Shown here: in pieces, positions 48,951-59,364 of the stretch
Layout: each line of letters begins with the position of its first letter
How positions within the stretch are numbered: the stretch's first letter is position 1
Assembly (NCBI GenBank): GCA_964571795.1
Contig: CAZNDK010000002.1
Span: forward strand, 47,466 to 111,465
Reading direction: 5' to 3'
DNA from: an uncultured Gemmatimonadaceae bacterium
GTDB lineage: Bacteria > Gemmatimonadota > Gemmatimonadetes > Gemmatimonadales > GWC2-71-9
DNA: 64,000 nt
Program-made: the position numbers and the translations under genes
Notes under the pieces: generated by a model
The model's input: the letters and a program-made list of their open reading frames with translations, nothing else
The model's database searches: none
Told to the model about the DNA's origin: nothing

Positions 48951-49873
48951 TCCTCTGGTTGCTCCGGTTTGCAGAAGCCTGATGCCGTGACGGCGGGGTT
49001 CGAGCTGCGGCCGACGACCACCCAGCGGTCATCCCGCCGGACCAGGAAGAAGCTCCGATTCCAGAGCCCGACGAATCCACCCTTGGGAAGCCGGCACGAG
49101 GCGGGGTTCAGGCCGATCTCGTTGACCGCCACGTAGGTGGTGTCAGCGTGCAGGCGCTTCGGCTCCGCGAGCTTGAGGTAGGTCGTCACTTCCTGTTGCG
49201 GGCAGTTCTTCACGTCGATCTCTTCGCAGACGCTCTCGACCAGCCCGCGGCGGGTCAGCGTGGCCAGCCACTCGATGAGGGCCGGCACCGGCGCCACGTC
49301 CCGGTGGAGGCTCATGACCACTACAGCCGGCCCGATGGTGTCGGCGGGAATGTCCGTCACGCCCAGGGTCATCCTCACGAAGTCCCCTTCGCTCATCCGC
49401 ACCGATCCGCGGTAGTGCCGTAGCACCGCCTCCCAGATCGGAAAGACCTCGGCTGAGTCGAGCTGATGGGTGGCCGAGTCGACGGCATTCACGTAGATGA
49501 CGGGGGACGAGCGGTCGCAGTCGGGATACGGCTCCGTTCGGGGCGGTGCTGGCACGAGTACGAACTCTCGCCGGACGACCGACTTCTTCCTGATGGTGAC
49601 CGTGTCGAAGATGGTGTGGTAGCCGACGGAGCGGACGCAGATTCCCGCCCGTCCCTCAGGAATCCCATGGATGAGGTAGGACTCCTCGCCGAAAAGCGTG
49701 CGCGTGGCAACGCCCGGGGCACTGTAGGACCAGACGATGATGGTGGCCGAGCGGAAATTCACTTCCGGCCCGTCGATGCGGAGTCCACCCGCCAGGCCGC
49801 CCTTGCCCTGGGCGGTGGCGGTGGCGGAGGCGGTGACGGCGCAGAGCGCGAGGCAGGCGATGGCGAGGCGCAT
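48947..49873 (-). CDS. hypothetical secreted protein (CarboxypepD_reg-like N-terminal domain)
   Basis: Signal MRLAIACLALCAVTASATATAQG. Stop overlaps the VOC start (ATGA on the minus strand). Confidence 0.55.
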   Translation of the reverse strand: MRLAIACLALCAVTASATATAQGKGGLAGGLRIDGPEVNFRSATIIVWSYSAPGVATRTLFGEESYLIHGIPEGRAGICVRSVGYHTIFDTVTIRKKSVVRREFVLVPAPPRTEPYPDCDRSSPVIYVNAVDSATHQLDSAEVFPIWEAVLRHYRGSVRMSEGDFVRMTLGVTDIPADTIGPAVVVMSLHRDVAPVPALIEWLATLTRRGLVESVCEEIDVKNCPQQEVTTYLKLAEPKRLHADTTYVAVNEIGLNPASCRLPKGGFVGLWNRSFFLVRRDDRWVVVGRSSNPAVTASGFCKPEQPEE

Positions 49874-49891
49874 CCGAATTGGTGCCCTCGA

Positions 49892-50296
49892 TTACCGGTC
49901 GGCGGTGTCCGCGAGGCCGCGGATGTGGGCGGATACGGCCAGCAACTGGGCCTTGTCCATGCCCATGATGAACCGGCGGCTCACCGAGCTGATCATCTTG
50001 ACCGCGCCCGACATCCCGAGCCGCGCCGACTGCTGGGCCATGTAGCCGGAGCCGGCGAGCCGGAGCGCGCGCAGGTAATAGAAATCCATCCCGCTCTCGG
50101 TGAGCTCCGCCACGAGGTCGGCCAGGTCGGCACGGTGCTCCTCGGGGTCGGGCGATTCCTCGATGGCGGAGAGCACGGTGACCATTCGAGCCTGCAACTC
50201 TACCGAGTGATGGAAGCGGAGCGAGGGCCCTGTCGAGAGCGCATCGGCTGTGGCGTTGCTGGTTCGCTTCGGAGACTTCTTCGCGGGTGGTGTCAT
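49892..50296 (-). CDS. hypothetical protein (134 aa)
   Basis: ATG at 50296 (MTPPAKKSPKR...). This is the only non-antisense part of the 733-aa track ORF. Helical composition. Confidence 0.5.
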   Translation of the reverse strand: MTPPAKKSPKRTSNATADALSTGPSLRFHHSVELQARMVTVLSAIEESPDPEEHRADLADLVAELTESGMDFYYLRALRLAGSGYMAQQSARLGMSGAVKMISSVSRRFIMGMDKAQLLAVSAHIRGLADTADR

Positions 50297-50395
50297 AGCG
50301 GTAAATCTATCCCGGTGGGGTCTCGGCAGTCTCCGTTCCGCTAGCGCCCTCCCCCGCCCCGCCGTACATTCGCTCGGCCCTCTTCCGGAGCTGCC

Positions 50396-51724
50396 GTGGC
50401 CGTCACCTATGCGCGTCGTCTGGGCCTCTTTTCCGCCACCATGTCGGTCATCGGCGGCATCATCGGTTCCGGCATCTTCCTCAATCCCTCCATCGTGGCC
50501 CAGCGCGTGGGCACCTCCGCCTCCACCCTGGCCGTCTGGATCGGCGGCGGCGTGGTGGCGCTCATCGGGGCGTTCATCTTCGGCGAGCTGGGTCAGCGCC
50601 GGCCCCGGGTGGGCGGCGGCTACAGCTACATCCGGGAGGCCTTCGGCCCCCTGCCCGCCTTTCTCTACGCCTGGACCCTGCTGCTGATGATTGCGCCGGG
50701 CGCCACCGCCGCCGTGGCCGTGGCCTTCGGTAACTATTCCACCGCGCTCCTCGGTGTGTCCCCCGCCCTGGCTCGGCCCCTGGGTGTAGCCGCCATCCTG
50801 CTCCTGACGCTGCTCAACTGTCTCGGCGTCACCTTCGGCGCCATCACCCAGAACATCTTCACGCTCCTCAAGCTGGCCGCCATCGCCATGGTGGTGGTGG
50901 CCGGCCTCGGGGCGATCGGCGATCCGATCCCGCCCTGCGTGGACTGCGCGCCGCTCCCGGTCATTTCGGGGGCCGGCGCCATGATCGGCGCCGTGGCCGC
51001 GGCACTGGTGCCGGTACTCTTCTCCTATGGCGGCTGGCAGCAGACCAATTTCATCGCCGAGGAGATCATCGAGCCCGAAAAGAACCTGCCGAGGGCGCTG
51101 GTGCTGGGCGTGATGGCGGTGGCGCTGGTGTACGTACTGGCCAACGTGGCCTACCTCGGCGCGCTCGGCGTGGAGGGGCTCGCCGCCAGCACGGCGCCGG
51201 CGGCGGACACGATGTCGGTGCTGCTGGGGCCGGTGGGGCGGGTGGTGATTTCCGCGGGGATCGCCTGCTCTACCTTCGGGTTCCTCAACCTGGTCATCCT
51301 TGTCACGCCGCGGGTGTTCCAGGCAATGGCTGCCGACGGGCTCTTCTTCGAGCGCTTCGCGCGGCTGCATCCGCGCTTCCGCACCCCCGTGCCTGCCATC
51401 GTGTTCATGGGAGTGTGGTCGGCGGTGCTGGTGTACTCGGGGCAGTACGGCGCGCTGCTCGACTACGCCACCTTCGGTGACTGGATCTTCTTCGGGCTCA
51501 CGGCGGCCACGCTGCTCGTGTTCCGCCGGCGAGACGGCGTGGAGGGGATTCCCTTCCGCGTGCCGGGCTATCCGATCGCGGTCTGGCTCTTCGTGGCGGC
51601 GGCGGGATACGTGGTGGTGGGCTCCGTCCTGTCCAACCCGATCAATGCCCTGCGCGGCACCGGGCTCCTCGCGCTCGGTGTTCCGGTCTACCTCTACTGG
51701 CGTTCGGTGGCCGCCCGGCGCTGA
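50396..51724 (+). CDS. APC-family amino acid permease
   Basis: GTG with GGAG upstream. SVIGGIIGSGIFLNP motif. 12 TM-like segments. Confidence 0.85.
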   Translation: MAVTYARRLGLFSATMSVIGGIIGSGIFLNPSIVAQRVGTSASTLAVWIGGGVVALIGAFIFGELGQRRPRVGGGYSYIREAFGPLPAFLYAWTLLLMIAPGATAAVAVAFGNYSTALLGVSPALARPLGVAAILLLTLLNCLGVTFGAITQNIFTLLKLAAIAMVVVAGLGAIGDPIPPCVDCAPLPVISGAGAMIGAVAAALVPVLFSYGGWQQTNFIAEEIIEPEKNLPRALVLGVMAVALVYVLANVAYLGALGVEGLAASTAPAADTMSVLLGPVGRVVISAGIACSTFGFLNLVILVTPRVFQAMAADGLFFERFARLHPRFRTPVPAIVFMGVWSAVLVYSGQYGALLDYATFGDWIFFGLTAATLLVFRRRDGVEGIPFRVPGYPIAVWLFVAAAGYVVVGSVLSNPINALRGTGLLALGVPVYLYWRSVAARR

Positions 51725-52653
51725 GCTCCCCGCAGGCTGGCCCAGGCCAGCCGCCAATTGCGGCGCATCCTCGCGAGCCCGGGCCGGGCCAGCGGGGTGT
51801 CGCCGAAGCGGGCCTGGAACTCCTCCTCGGTCATCCGGTCGAAGTAGCCGTCGTCCGCGCCTCGCAATTCGCCGCGCGGGCGGAACTCCGGCACGGCCGA
51901 ATCCGCCGCAAACCGCAAATTCCACGGACAGACCTCGTTGCAGATATCGCACCCGAACGCCCAGCCGCCGAATTGGCCGGCCAGTTCGGCCGGAACGTCT
52001 TGCTTGTGCTCGATGGTGAGGTAGGAGATGCACTTGGTCGCGTCCAGGACGTACGGCTCGACGAACGCGGAGGTGGGGCAGGCGTCGAGGCACTTCGTGC
52101 AGCTGCCGCAGTGGTCGGTGCTGAAGGGCGGGTCGATCTCGAGCGGCAGGTCGGTGAAGATGCTGCCGATGACGAACCAGGAACCGATGCCCGGGCGGAG
52201 CAGCATGGTGTTCTTGCCGATCCAGCCGAGCCCGGCCCGTTCGGCCAGCTCCCGCTCGGGCACTGGGCCGGTGTCCACGTAGGGTCGTGCGGTCTTCGCG
52301 CCCGCGTTTCGGAGCATGTCAGCTAACACATTGACTCGATTGAGCGTAACAGAGTGGTAGTCTATGCTACGAGCATACCGCGCAATCGTCGGGCGCGGCG
52401 CATCGCCTCCCGTCTCCGTATAGTAGTAGTTGTCAAGAATAACAATGGCTCGCGTGGCCACGCGGTCGATGAGGCGCAAGTCCTTCCGCTTCTTCGCCTG
52501 GCGGTTGAGGTAGCGCATGTTGCCGCCGAAGCCTCGCGCCAGCCACTGATCGAGCGCGGCGGCCCGCGCCGAGGGCCCGAGGTCGGTGATGCCGCACGCC
52601 AGGAACCCCAGCTCCGCGGCCTTCGCCTTCACTTGTGCGGCGGAGAGGGTCAC
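51694..52653 (-). CDS. queG: tRNA epoxyqueuosine(34) reductase
   Basis: Ferredoxin-like CGSCTKCLDACP and CDICNEVCPWN, LGWIGKNTMLL. GTG at 52653 overlaps the ndh stop (GTGA). The 3' end overlaps the convergent permease gene by 31 nt. Confidence 0.85.
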   Translation of the reverse strand: MTLSAAQVKAKAAELGFLACGITDLGPSARAAALDQWLARGFGGNMRYLNRQAKKRKDLRLIDRVATRAIVILDNYYYTETGGDAPRPTIARYARSIDYHSVTLNRVNVLADMLRNAGAKTARPYVDTGPVPERELAERAGLGWIGKNTMLLRPGIGSWFVIGSIFTDLPLEIDPPFSTDHCGSCTKCLDACPTSAFVEPYVLDATKCISYLTIEHKQDVPAELAGQFGGWAFGCDICNEVCPWNLRFAADSAVPEFRPRGELRGADDGYFDRMTEEEFQARFGDTPLARPGLARMRRNWRLAWASLRGAQRRAATERQ

Positions 52654-53942
52654 CCGGGATGGCCGAGATCGGGGCGGTGATCGCGGCCGGTGATGACACG
52701 GGCCCCGCGCGCATACGTGACGTACGAGATGGCCCAGTCGATCAGCACCACGAGCCGGTTGCGGAAGCCGATCAGGAAGAAGATGTGGATGAAGATCCAG
52801 GCGAGCCACGCGGGGAACCCGCTGAAGCGAAGTCTGCCGAGGTCGGCGACGCCGCGCCCGCGCCCGATGACGGCGAGCTGTCCCTTGTCGGTGTACCTGA
52901 ACGACCGGCGGGGCTTGCCTCGGAGGTCCGCCAGGATGGCGCTGGCGGCGTACTTCCCCTGCTGGATGGCCACAGGGCAGAGTCCGGGGAGGAAGTCGCC
53001 CTTGCCGTTCGGGAACGCCGCGGCGTCGCCCAGCACGAAGATTTCGGCGTGCCCGGGGATGGAACAGTCGGCCTCGACCAGGGCCCGCCCGAACTTGTCG
53101 AGCGGCGCACCCAGCGAGGCGAGCAGCGGACTGGCGCGGTTACCCGCCGCCCAGACCACCGTGTGGGTCGGGATGACGAGCCGGCCGGCGCTCACGTGGT
53201 CCGGCTGCACGTCGGTCACGAAGGTCTCGGTGCGGACGTCCACGCCGAGGCGCCGGAGCGACTCCCGCGCTTCATCGGCGAGGTGGGCGGGGTAGCTCGG
53301 CAGGAGCTGGCGCCCGCCTTCCAGCAGCATGACGGTGGCGGCCCGCGGGTCGATCCGCCGGAAGTCGCGCTTCAGCGCGTATTGCCGGATCTCGGCCAGC
53401 GCCCCGGCCACCTCCACTCCCGTCGGCCCTCCGCCCACCACCACGAAGGTCAGGAGCGCGCGGCGCTTCTCGATGTCCGTTTCCCGTTCCGCCGCCTCGA
53501 AGGCCAGCAGCACCCGCCGCCGCACCTCCTCGGCGTCGTCGGCGGTTTTGAGCCCGGGGGCGGAAGCCTCCCACTCGTCGTGCCCGAAATAGGAGTGCCG
53601 GACGCCGGGGGCGAGCAGGAGGTAGTCGTAGGCCAGCTCGCTGCCGTCGGCCAGCTCCAGACGGCGCGCCGCACGGTGGACCGCCGTCACCTCGGCCATC
53701 AGGACTTCGGTGTTCGGCTGGTGGCGGAGAATGGAACGGATCGGCGAGGCGATGTCGCTGGTGTCCAGGGCGGCGCTGGCCACCTGGTAGAGCATCGGCT
53801 GGAAGAGGTGGTAGTTGGTCCGGTCCACGACCGTCATGCTCACTGGCGCATTCCGGAGTGCCTTGGCCGCGTACAGTCCGGCAAAGCCGCCGCCCACAAT
53901 CACCACCCGGGGGCGGCTGGAATCGGTCGGTCGCTGCGGCAC
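52650..53942 (-). CDS. ndh: type II NADH dehydrogenase (NDH-2)
   Basis: VVIVGGGFAGLYAA and FVVVGGGPTGVE dinucleotide motifs. GTG at 53942 gives 430 aa. The upstream part of the 564-aa track ORF overlaps another gene. Confidence 0.85.
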   Translation of the reverse strand: MPQRPTDSSRPRVVIVGGGFAGLYAAKALRNAPVSMTVVDRTNYHLFQPMLYQVASAALDTSDIASPIRSILRHQPNTEVLMAEVTAVHRAARRLELADGSELAYDYLLLAPGVRHSYFGHDEWEASAPGLKTADDAEEVRRRVLLAFEAAERETDIEKRRALLTFVVVGGGPTGVEVAGALAEIRQYALKRDFRRIDPRAATVMLLEGGRQLLPSYPAHLADEARESLRRLGVDVRTETFVTDVQPDHVSAGRLVIPTHTVVWAAGNRASPLLASLGAPLDKFGRALVEADCSIPGHAEIFVLGDAAAFPNGKGDFLPGLCPVAIQQGKYAASAILADLRGKPRRSFRYTDKGQLAVIGRGRGVADLGRLRFSGFPAWLAWIFIHIFFLIGFRNRLVVLIDWAISYVTYARGARVITGRDHRPDLGHPG

Positions 53943-53947
53943 GGTGC

Positions 53948-54244
53948 TCAGAGGCCCATCGTCTCCCGCCGCCACCGGACGAACCGGACCAGGTCCTCCA
54001 GCGGGGGCACGGCGTCTTCCGCGCCGTAGGCGGTGTACATCCGCCAGCGGAGATAGGTGCGGTCGGGCACGGGCAGGAAGGGTGGATCGGCCCACCAGCG
54101 GCGGCGGCGGAAAGCCCACCCGGCCTTCAGGAAGTCGAGCGCCAGCCGCGGATTGACCAGCGCGCGGAGGGTAGCGCCGGCCAGCAAGCCGCCCCAGGAT
54201 CCGCGGTAGTTCTCGGCGCCGGGGTGGGGGGCGTGGGAGGACAT
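53948..54244 (-). CDS. hypothetical protein (98 aa)
   Basis: ATG at 54244 (MSSHAPHPGAENYRGSWGG...). Ends 5 nt before the ndh start. Trp/Arg-rich. No family recognised. Confidence 0.5.
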   Translation of the reverse strand: MSSHAPHPGAENYRGSWGGLLAGATLRALVNPRLALDFLKAGWAFRRRRWWADPPFLPVPDRTYLRWRMYTAYGAEDAVPPLEDLVRFVRWRRETMGL

Positions 54245-54264
54245 GCCGGGAATATAGAAGGAGA

Positions 54265-54292
54265 GAGGACTGAGGACTGAGGTCTGGGGACT
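54265..54292 (+). repeat. one-armed GGACT-heptad array, 4 units
   Basis: GAGGACT GAGGACT GAGGTCT GGGGACT, in the divergent region between 54244 (-) and 54367 (+). Confidence 0.8.
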
Positions 54293-54366
54293 CGGAGGGT
54301 GTCGGGCGACGAGAAGGGCGGTAATATTCCTCCCGGTCGCGCACGTCTCACGGATCAGGAGCACGC

Positions 54367-55422
54367 ATGATCGTCGGAACCGCCCTTCTGGGCGCCGCCC
54401 TTCTCATTGGCCCGGCCACGGCTGCCGGCCCGAAGGAGGACGTGCTCTACATGAAGAACGGCGACCGGATGACCTGCGAGATCAAGACGATGGACGCGGG
54501 GGCGGTCTACGTGAGCCTCGACTACGTGGACGGAACGATCTCTGTCAACTGGATTCGCATCGCGCGTCTCGAGAGCCCGCAACTCTTCCTGGTGGAACTC
54601 GACGACGGCTCCATTCTCTCGGGGCACATCTCGGCACGCCCGATCGAGGGAACAGACTCGGTGCTGGTCGAGATCGACCGGCCCGATGGCACGAAGCTCG
54701 TGGTCGACAAGTCGAGGATTGCGGGCTTGAGCCGCACCTCCGACACCTTTTTTGGCCGCATGAACGGCAGCCTGACGTCGGGCATCAGCTATGCCAAGGG
54801 AAACAACACCACCACCTACAACATCGCGTCCAGCGTGAACTACCCGCGTCCCAGGTGGAGCATGGCGCTGGGATTCAATTCGAACTTCTCGAGCAGCACC
54901 GGCGCGGACGCCTCGACCCGCAACCAGCTGACCGCGGTGGGCGCCCACATGATGCGCTGGAACAACTGGTACTACACCGGCTTCGCCAGCGGGCTGCAGA
55001 GCGCCGAGCAGCAAATCAGCCTCCAGGCCAACGTGGGCGGCGGCGTCGGCCGGTACCTCAAGAAGTCGAGCACCGTCCGGGCCAGCGTCGTCGGCGGCAT
55101 GGTCTACCAGAACACCAACTACGAGTCCTCCGTCACCTCGGCCACATCCCAGGACCTGCTGGGCGTCATGCTGCTCGGGACCCTCAGCTACGTGCGCTTC
55201 AAGCAGACCACGCTGAGCCTGACCGTCAACGCGATTCCCTCGCTGACCGATCCGGGCCGGTTCTTCTTTAACACGAACGCCGCCTACTTCCTCAAGCTCT
55301 TCGGCGAGATCAACTGGAACCTCTCGTTCTACGGCAACTGGGACACCCAGCCCCCCGCGGGCACGTCGGGCAACGACTACGGCGTCAACTCCGGGCTCAG
55401 CTGGACGTTCGGCAACCAGTAA
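54367..55422 (+). CDS. DUF481-like outer-membrane beta-barrel protein with N-terminal extra domain
   Basis: AGGAG SD and signal peptide. The C-terminal two-thirds shows an alternating-strand pattern ending in GLSWTFGNQ. Confidence 0.6.
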   Translation: MIVGTALLGAALLIGPATAAGPKEDVLYMKNGDRMTCEIKTMDAGAVYVSLDYVDGTISVNWIRIARLESPQLFLVELDDGSILSGHISARPIEGTDSVLVEIDRPDGTKLVVDKSRIAGLSRTSDTFFGRMNGSLTSGISYAKGNNTTTYNIASSVNYPRPRWSMALGFNSNFSSSTGADASTRNQLTAVGAHMMRWNNWYYTGFASGLQSAEQQISLQANVGGGVGRYLKKSSTVRASVVGGMVYQNTNYESSVTSATSQDLLGVMLLGTLSYVRFKQTTLSLTVNAIPSLTDPGRFFFNTNAAYFLKLFGEINWNLSFYGNWDTQPPAGTSGNDYGVNSGLSWTFGNQ

Positions 55423-55434
55423 TGATTGGAGTTC

Positions 55435-56172
55435 ATGACCATGGCCGCTGACTCGCCGCCCCCGCTCGATCGCAGCCTGACAGAGGACGAACTCCTCTTC
55501 GAGCGGTTCGCCACCGTCGAGGAACGCCAGCGCGCCACGGCGCTCCGGGTCAGCGACTCGTGGCGGGTGCTCCGGATCATGGGCGAGTTCGTGTGGGGCT
55601 TCGACAACCTGGCCTCGATCGAGAACGGGGTGTCGATCTTCGGGTCGGCGCGCACCAAGCCGAGCGACCGCTACTACCGCGACGCCGTGGAAGTGGCGCG
55701 GCTGCTCGCCGAGCACCGGATCCCGGTCATCACCGGCGGCGGCCCCGGCATCATGGAGGCCGGCAACCGCGGCGCCAAGGAGGCGGGCGGCATCTCGGTG
55801 GGCTGCAACATCGAGCTCCCCTTCGAGCAGGGCAACAACCCCTACCTCACGAAGAATCTGCTGTTCAAGTTCTTTTTCGTCCGGAAGACGATGTTCGTGA
55901 AGTACGCCACCGCGTTCATCGTGTTCCCCGGCGGCTACGGCACCATGGACGAGCTGTTCGAGGCGCTCACGCTCATCCAGACCGGCAAGGTGAAGTCGTT
56001 CCCGGTGGTGCTCTTCGGGCGGGCCTACTGGGAGGGGATGGTGGAGTGGCTGTCGCGTACCGTGGCGGGCGCCGGCAACATCGACACTGCGGACCTCACG
56101 CTGTTCCACGTGACCGACGACCCCGAAGAGGCGGTCCGGATCGTTCTCGAAGCCCGCGCCAAGCGGACCTGA
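55435..56172 (+). CDS. LOG-family (TIGR00730) nucleotide phosphoribohydrolase
   Basis: [14 protein letters not shown] and [12 protein letters not shown] motifs. ATG at 55435; the track ORF starts at a TTG at 55426. Confidence 0.85.
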   Translation: MTMAADSPPPLDRSLTEDELLFERFATVEERQRATALRVSDSWRVLRIMGEFVWGFDNLASIENGVSIFGSARTKPSDRYYRDAVEVARLLAEHRIPVITGGGPGIMEAGNRGAKEAGGISVGCNIELPFEQGNNPYLTKNLLFKFFFVRKTMFVKYATAFIVFPGGYGTMDELFEALTLIQTGKVKSFPVVLFGRAYWEGMVEWLSRTVAGAGNIDTADLTLFHVTDDPEEAVRIVLEARAKRT

Positions 56173-56197
56173 CCCTCAGCCGACAGCGGAGCACCGC

Positions 56198-57332
<1,135 letters not shown>

Positions 57333-57343
<11 letters not shown>

Positions 57344-58904
57344 CCTCCCCGCACTCCGGCTGCCGACCCGGACCTACGCCGGGTACGCGCTGGCCCTGCT
57401 GGCGCTCCTCAACCTGCTGAGCTACGTCAACCGCAACGTGCTGTTTGCGCTGGTCCCGCCGATCGAGTTCGAGCTGGGCCTCACCGATACGCATATTGGA
57501 TGGATCGCCTCCGCCTTCGTGCTCCTCTTCTCGGTGGCGGTGTTCCCCTTCGGCGTGCTGAGCGACCTCCGCTCCCGGCGCGCCGTGGCGGCGGCCGGCG
57601 TGGTGGTCTGGAGCATCTTCGCCTTCCTGGCCGGCCTGTCCCGCGGCTTCTGGGGACTCTTCCTTTTCCGGGCGGCGGTCGGCATCGGGGCCGCGGCCTT
57701 CACCGCGGCAGCCGCCTCGCTCGTGGCCGATTACTTCCCCGGGCGCCGGCGCGCGGTGGCGCTCGGCGTCTTCTCCGCCGGCATCCCCATCGGCGGGGTG
57801 ATGGGCATCGCCCTCGGCGGGCAACTGGACGAGCTCTACGGATGGCGCATCGCCATGATGGCGGTGGCGGTGCCGGGCCTCTTGCTCGCGGCACTGGTGG
57901 CCCGGCTCACCGATCCGAGCCGCCCGCCCCCGACCCTCACGGTCCGCGAATATTGGCGGCAGCTGGAAATGGGCGCCGCCGGTGCATTCCGGACCGCGTG
58001 GCCACTCCTCCTCGGCGCGGGAGCCGGCGGCCTGGCCGCCTGGGTGCTCGACCGCCGTTTCGGAGCCACCTCCACGCTCGACATGGCGGCGCTGGCCAGC
58101 GGCATCGGCGTCGGGCTGGCGTGGAATCTCGTGCTGGTGGTCCGGCGGAACCGGCGCACCGACGGCAGCTTCGACTTTACGCCCACCGGCAGCGTCAACG
58201 ACGCCCTCACCGAAATGCGGCTCGCGGTGGATACCGTGCTCCGCACGCCTACCCTCAAGTACCTGTTCGTGGGCGGGGCGCTGGTGTCGTTCGGCATGAA
58301 CGGGCTGGTGGGCTGGGCGCCGACGTTCATGTCCCGGACGCTCGGACTCACCGTGGCGCAGGGCACGCTGCTGCTGGGTCAGTGGGGACTGCTGGCGGGG
58401 ACGGCGGGCACGCTCGCGGGCGGGTTCCTGGCGGACTGGCTGGGAAAGTTCACCGGCCGGGGGCGGATGCTGGTGTCGTCGCTCGGCCTGCTGGTGGGCG
58501 GACCGCTGGCCATCTGGCTCCTTGCTGTGCGCGACCTCGGCACCTTCGTGCCGATCTTCGCCGTGGCCTTCTTCTTCCTGACCCTGTACAACGGCCCGGT
58601 CATCGCGGCGGTGTTCGACGTGGCGCCGGCCCGGATCGGTGCCACCGTCGTCGGGGCCTACCTGCTCTTCATCCACGTGGCGGGCGACGCCATTGCACTC
58701 CCGCTCGTGGGGTTCCTGTCCGACCGCTTCGGCATCGACCGGGCCATCTTCATCCTGCCATCGGCGGCGATGGCCGGCGGCGGCGTGCTGCTGCTCGGCG
58801 TCAAGACTGTGCTGCGCGACATGAGCTTCGTGGCGGCGAGGACGACGGCGACGCACCCGGTGGTGAGGACGACAAGTGAGGGGAGGAAGGAAAAAGAGGA
58901 CTAG
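57333..58904 (+). CDS. MFS transporter
   Basis: GTG with GGGAG upstream. Overlaps the DHS gene end by 11 nt. 12-14 TM. SDLRSRR loop motif. The stop lies inside repeat copy 2. Confidence 0.85.
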
Positions 58905-59011
58905 GGACTAGGAGGGGCGGAAAGAGAAAAGAGAAAGGTGTTGGTCCGAGCGCCTCTTTTCTCCTTCCTCCTTGAACCTCTCCAAGTCCCAAGTCCTTTT
59001 TCTCCTTCCTC
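58878..59011. repeat. GGACT-heptad long hairpin element, copy 2 (inverted relative to copies 1 and 3)
   Basis: Purine arm 58878-58938 (..AGGACTAGGGACTAGGAGGGGCGGAAAGAG..), loop 58939-58952, pyrimidine arm 58953-59011 (..CTCTCCAAGTCCCAAGTCCT..). Overlaps the MFS stop and touches the csoR stop. Confidence 0.8.
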
Positions 59012-59364
59012 TATCGAGCCGACCGGTACATCAACTCCACCAACTCATCGTACATCGCTCCCGCCTGCTCCTCGCTGCCCGAGCGGATGGCGCCGGCGGC
59101 GCAGTGCTCGAGGTGGTTGCGGAAGAGCACCCGCGCCACTCCCCGCAGTGCCTCGTGCACCGACGACACCTGGGTCAGGACGTCGGCGCAGTAGCGCTCC
59201 TCCTCCACCATCTTCTGCAGCCCGCGGACTTGCCCCTCAATGCGACGGAGCCGGGTGAGCGCGGCGGCCTTGAGCTCGGGGTTCACCGCCACCGCGTGGG
59301 TGCCGTCGCCGGGGCGGGCGCACGCGCAGGGGGCGAAGGCGTCGTTGCTGGCGGTGTCCATCAT
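59011..59364 (-). CDS. csoR: CsoR/RcnR-family metal-sensing repressor
   Basis: [25 protein letters not shown]...HLEHC (Cys-His-Cys ligand pattern). ATG overlaps the copA stop. Confidence 0.85.
   Translation of the reverse strand: MMDTASNDAFAPCACARPGDGTHAVAVNPELKAAALTRLRRIEGQVRGLQKMVEEERYCADVLTQVSSVHEALRGVARVLFRNHLEHCAAGAIRSGSEEQAGAMYDELVELMYRSAR

Noticed and set aside
56102-56117. parS-like sequence TGTTCCACGTGACCGA inside the LOG-family gene
   Set aside because: Only 13/16 positions match the consensus and the right half is lost. CACGTG cores are frequent in GC-rich DNA. It is probably chance, although ParB ChIP could test it.
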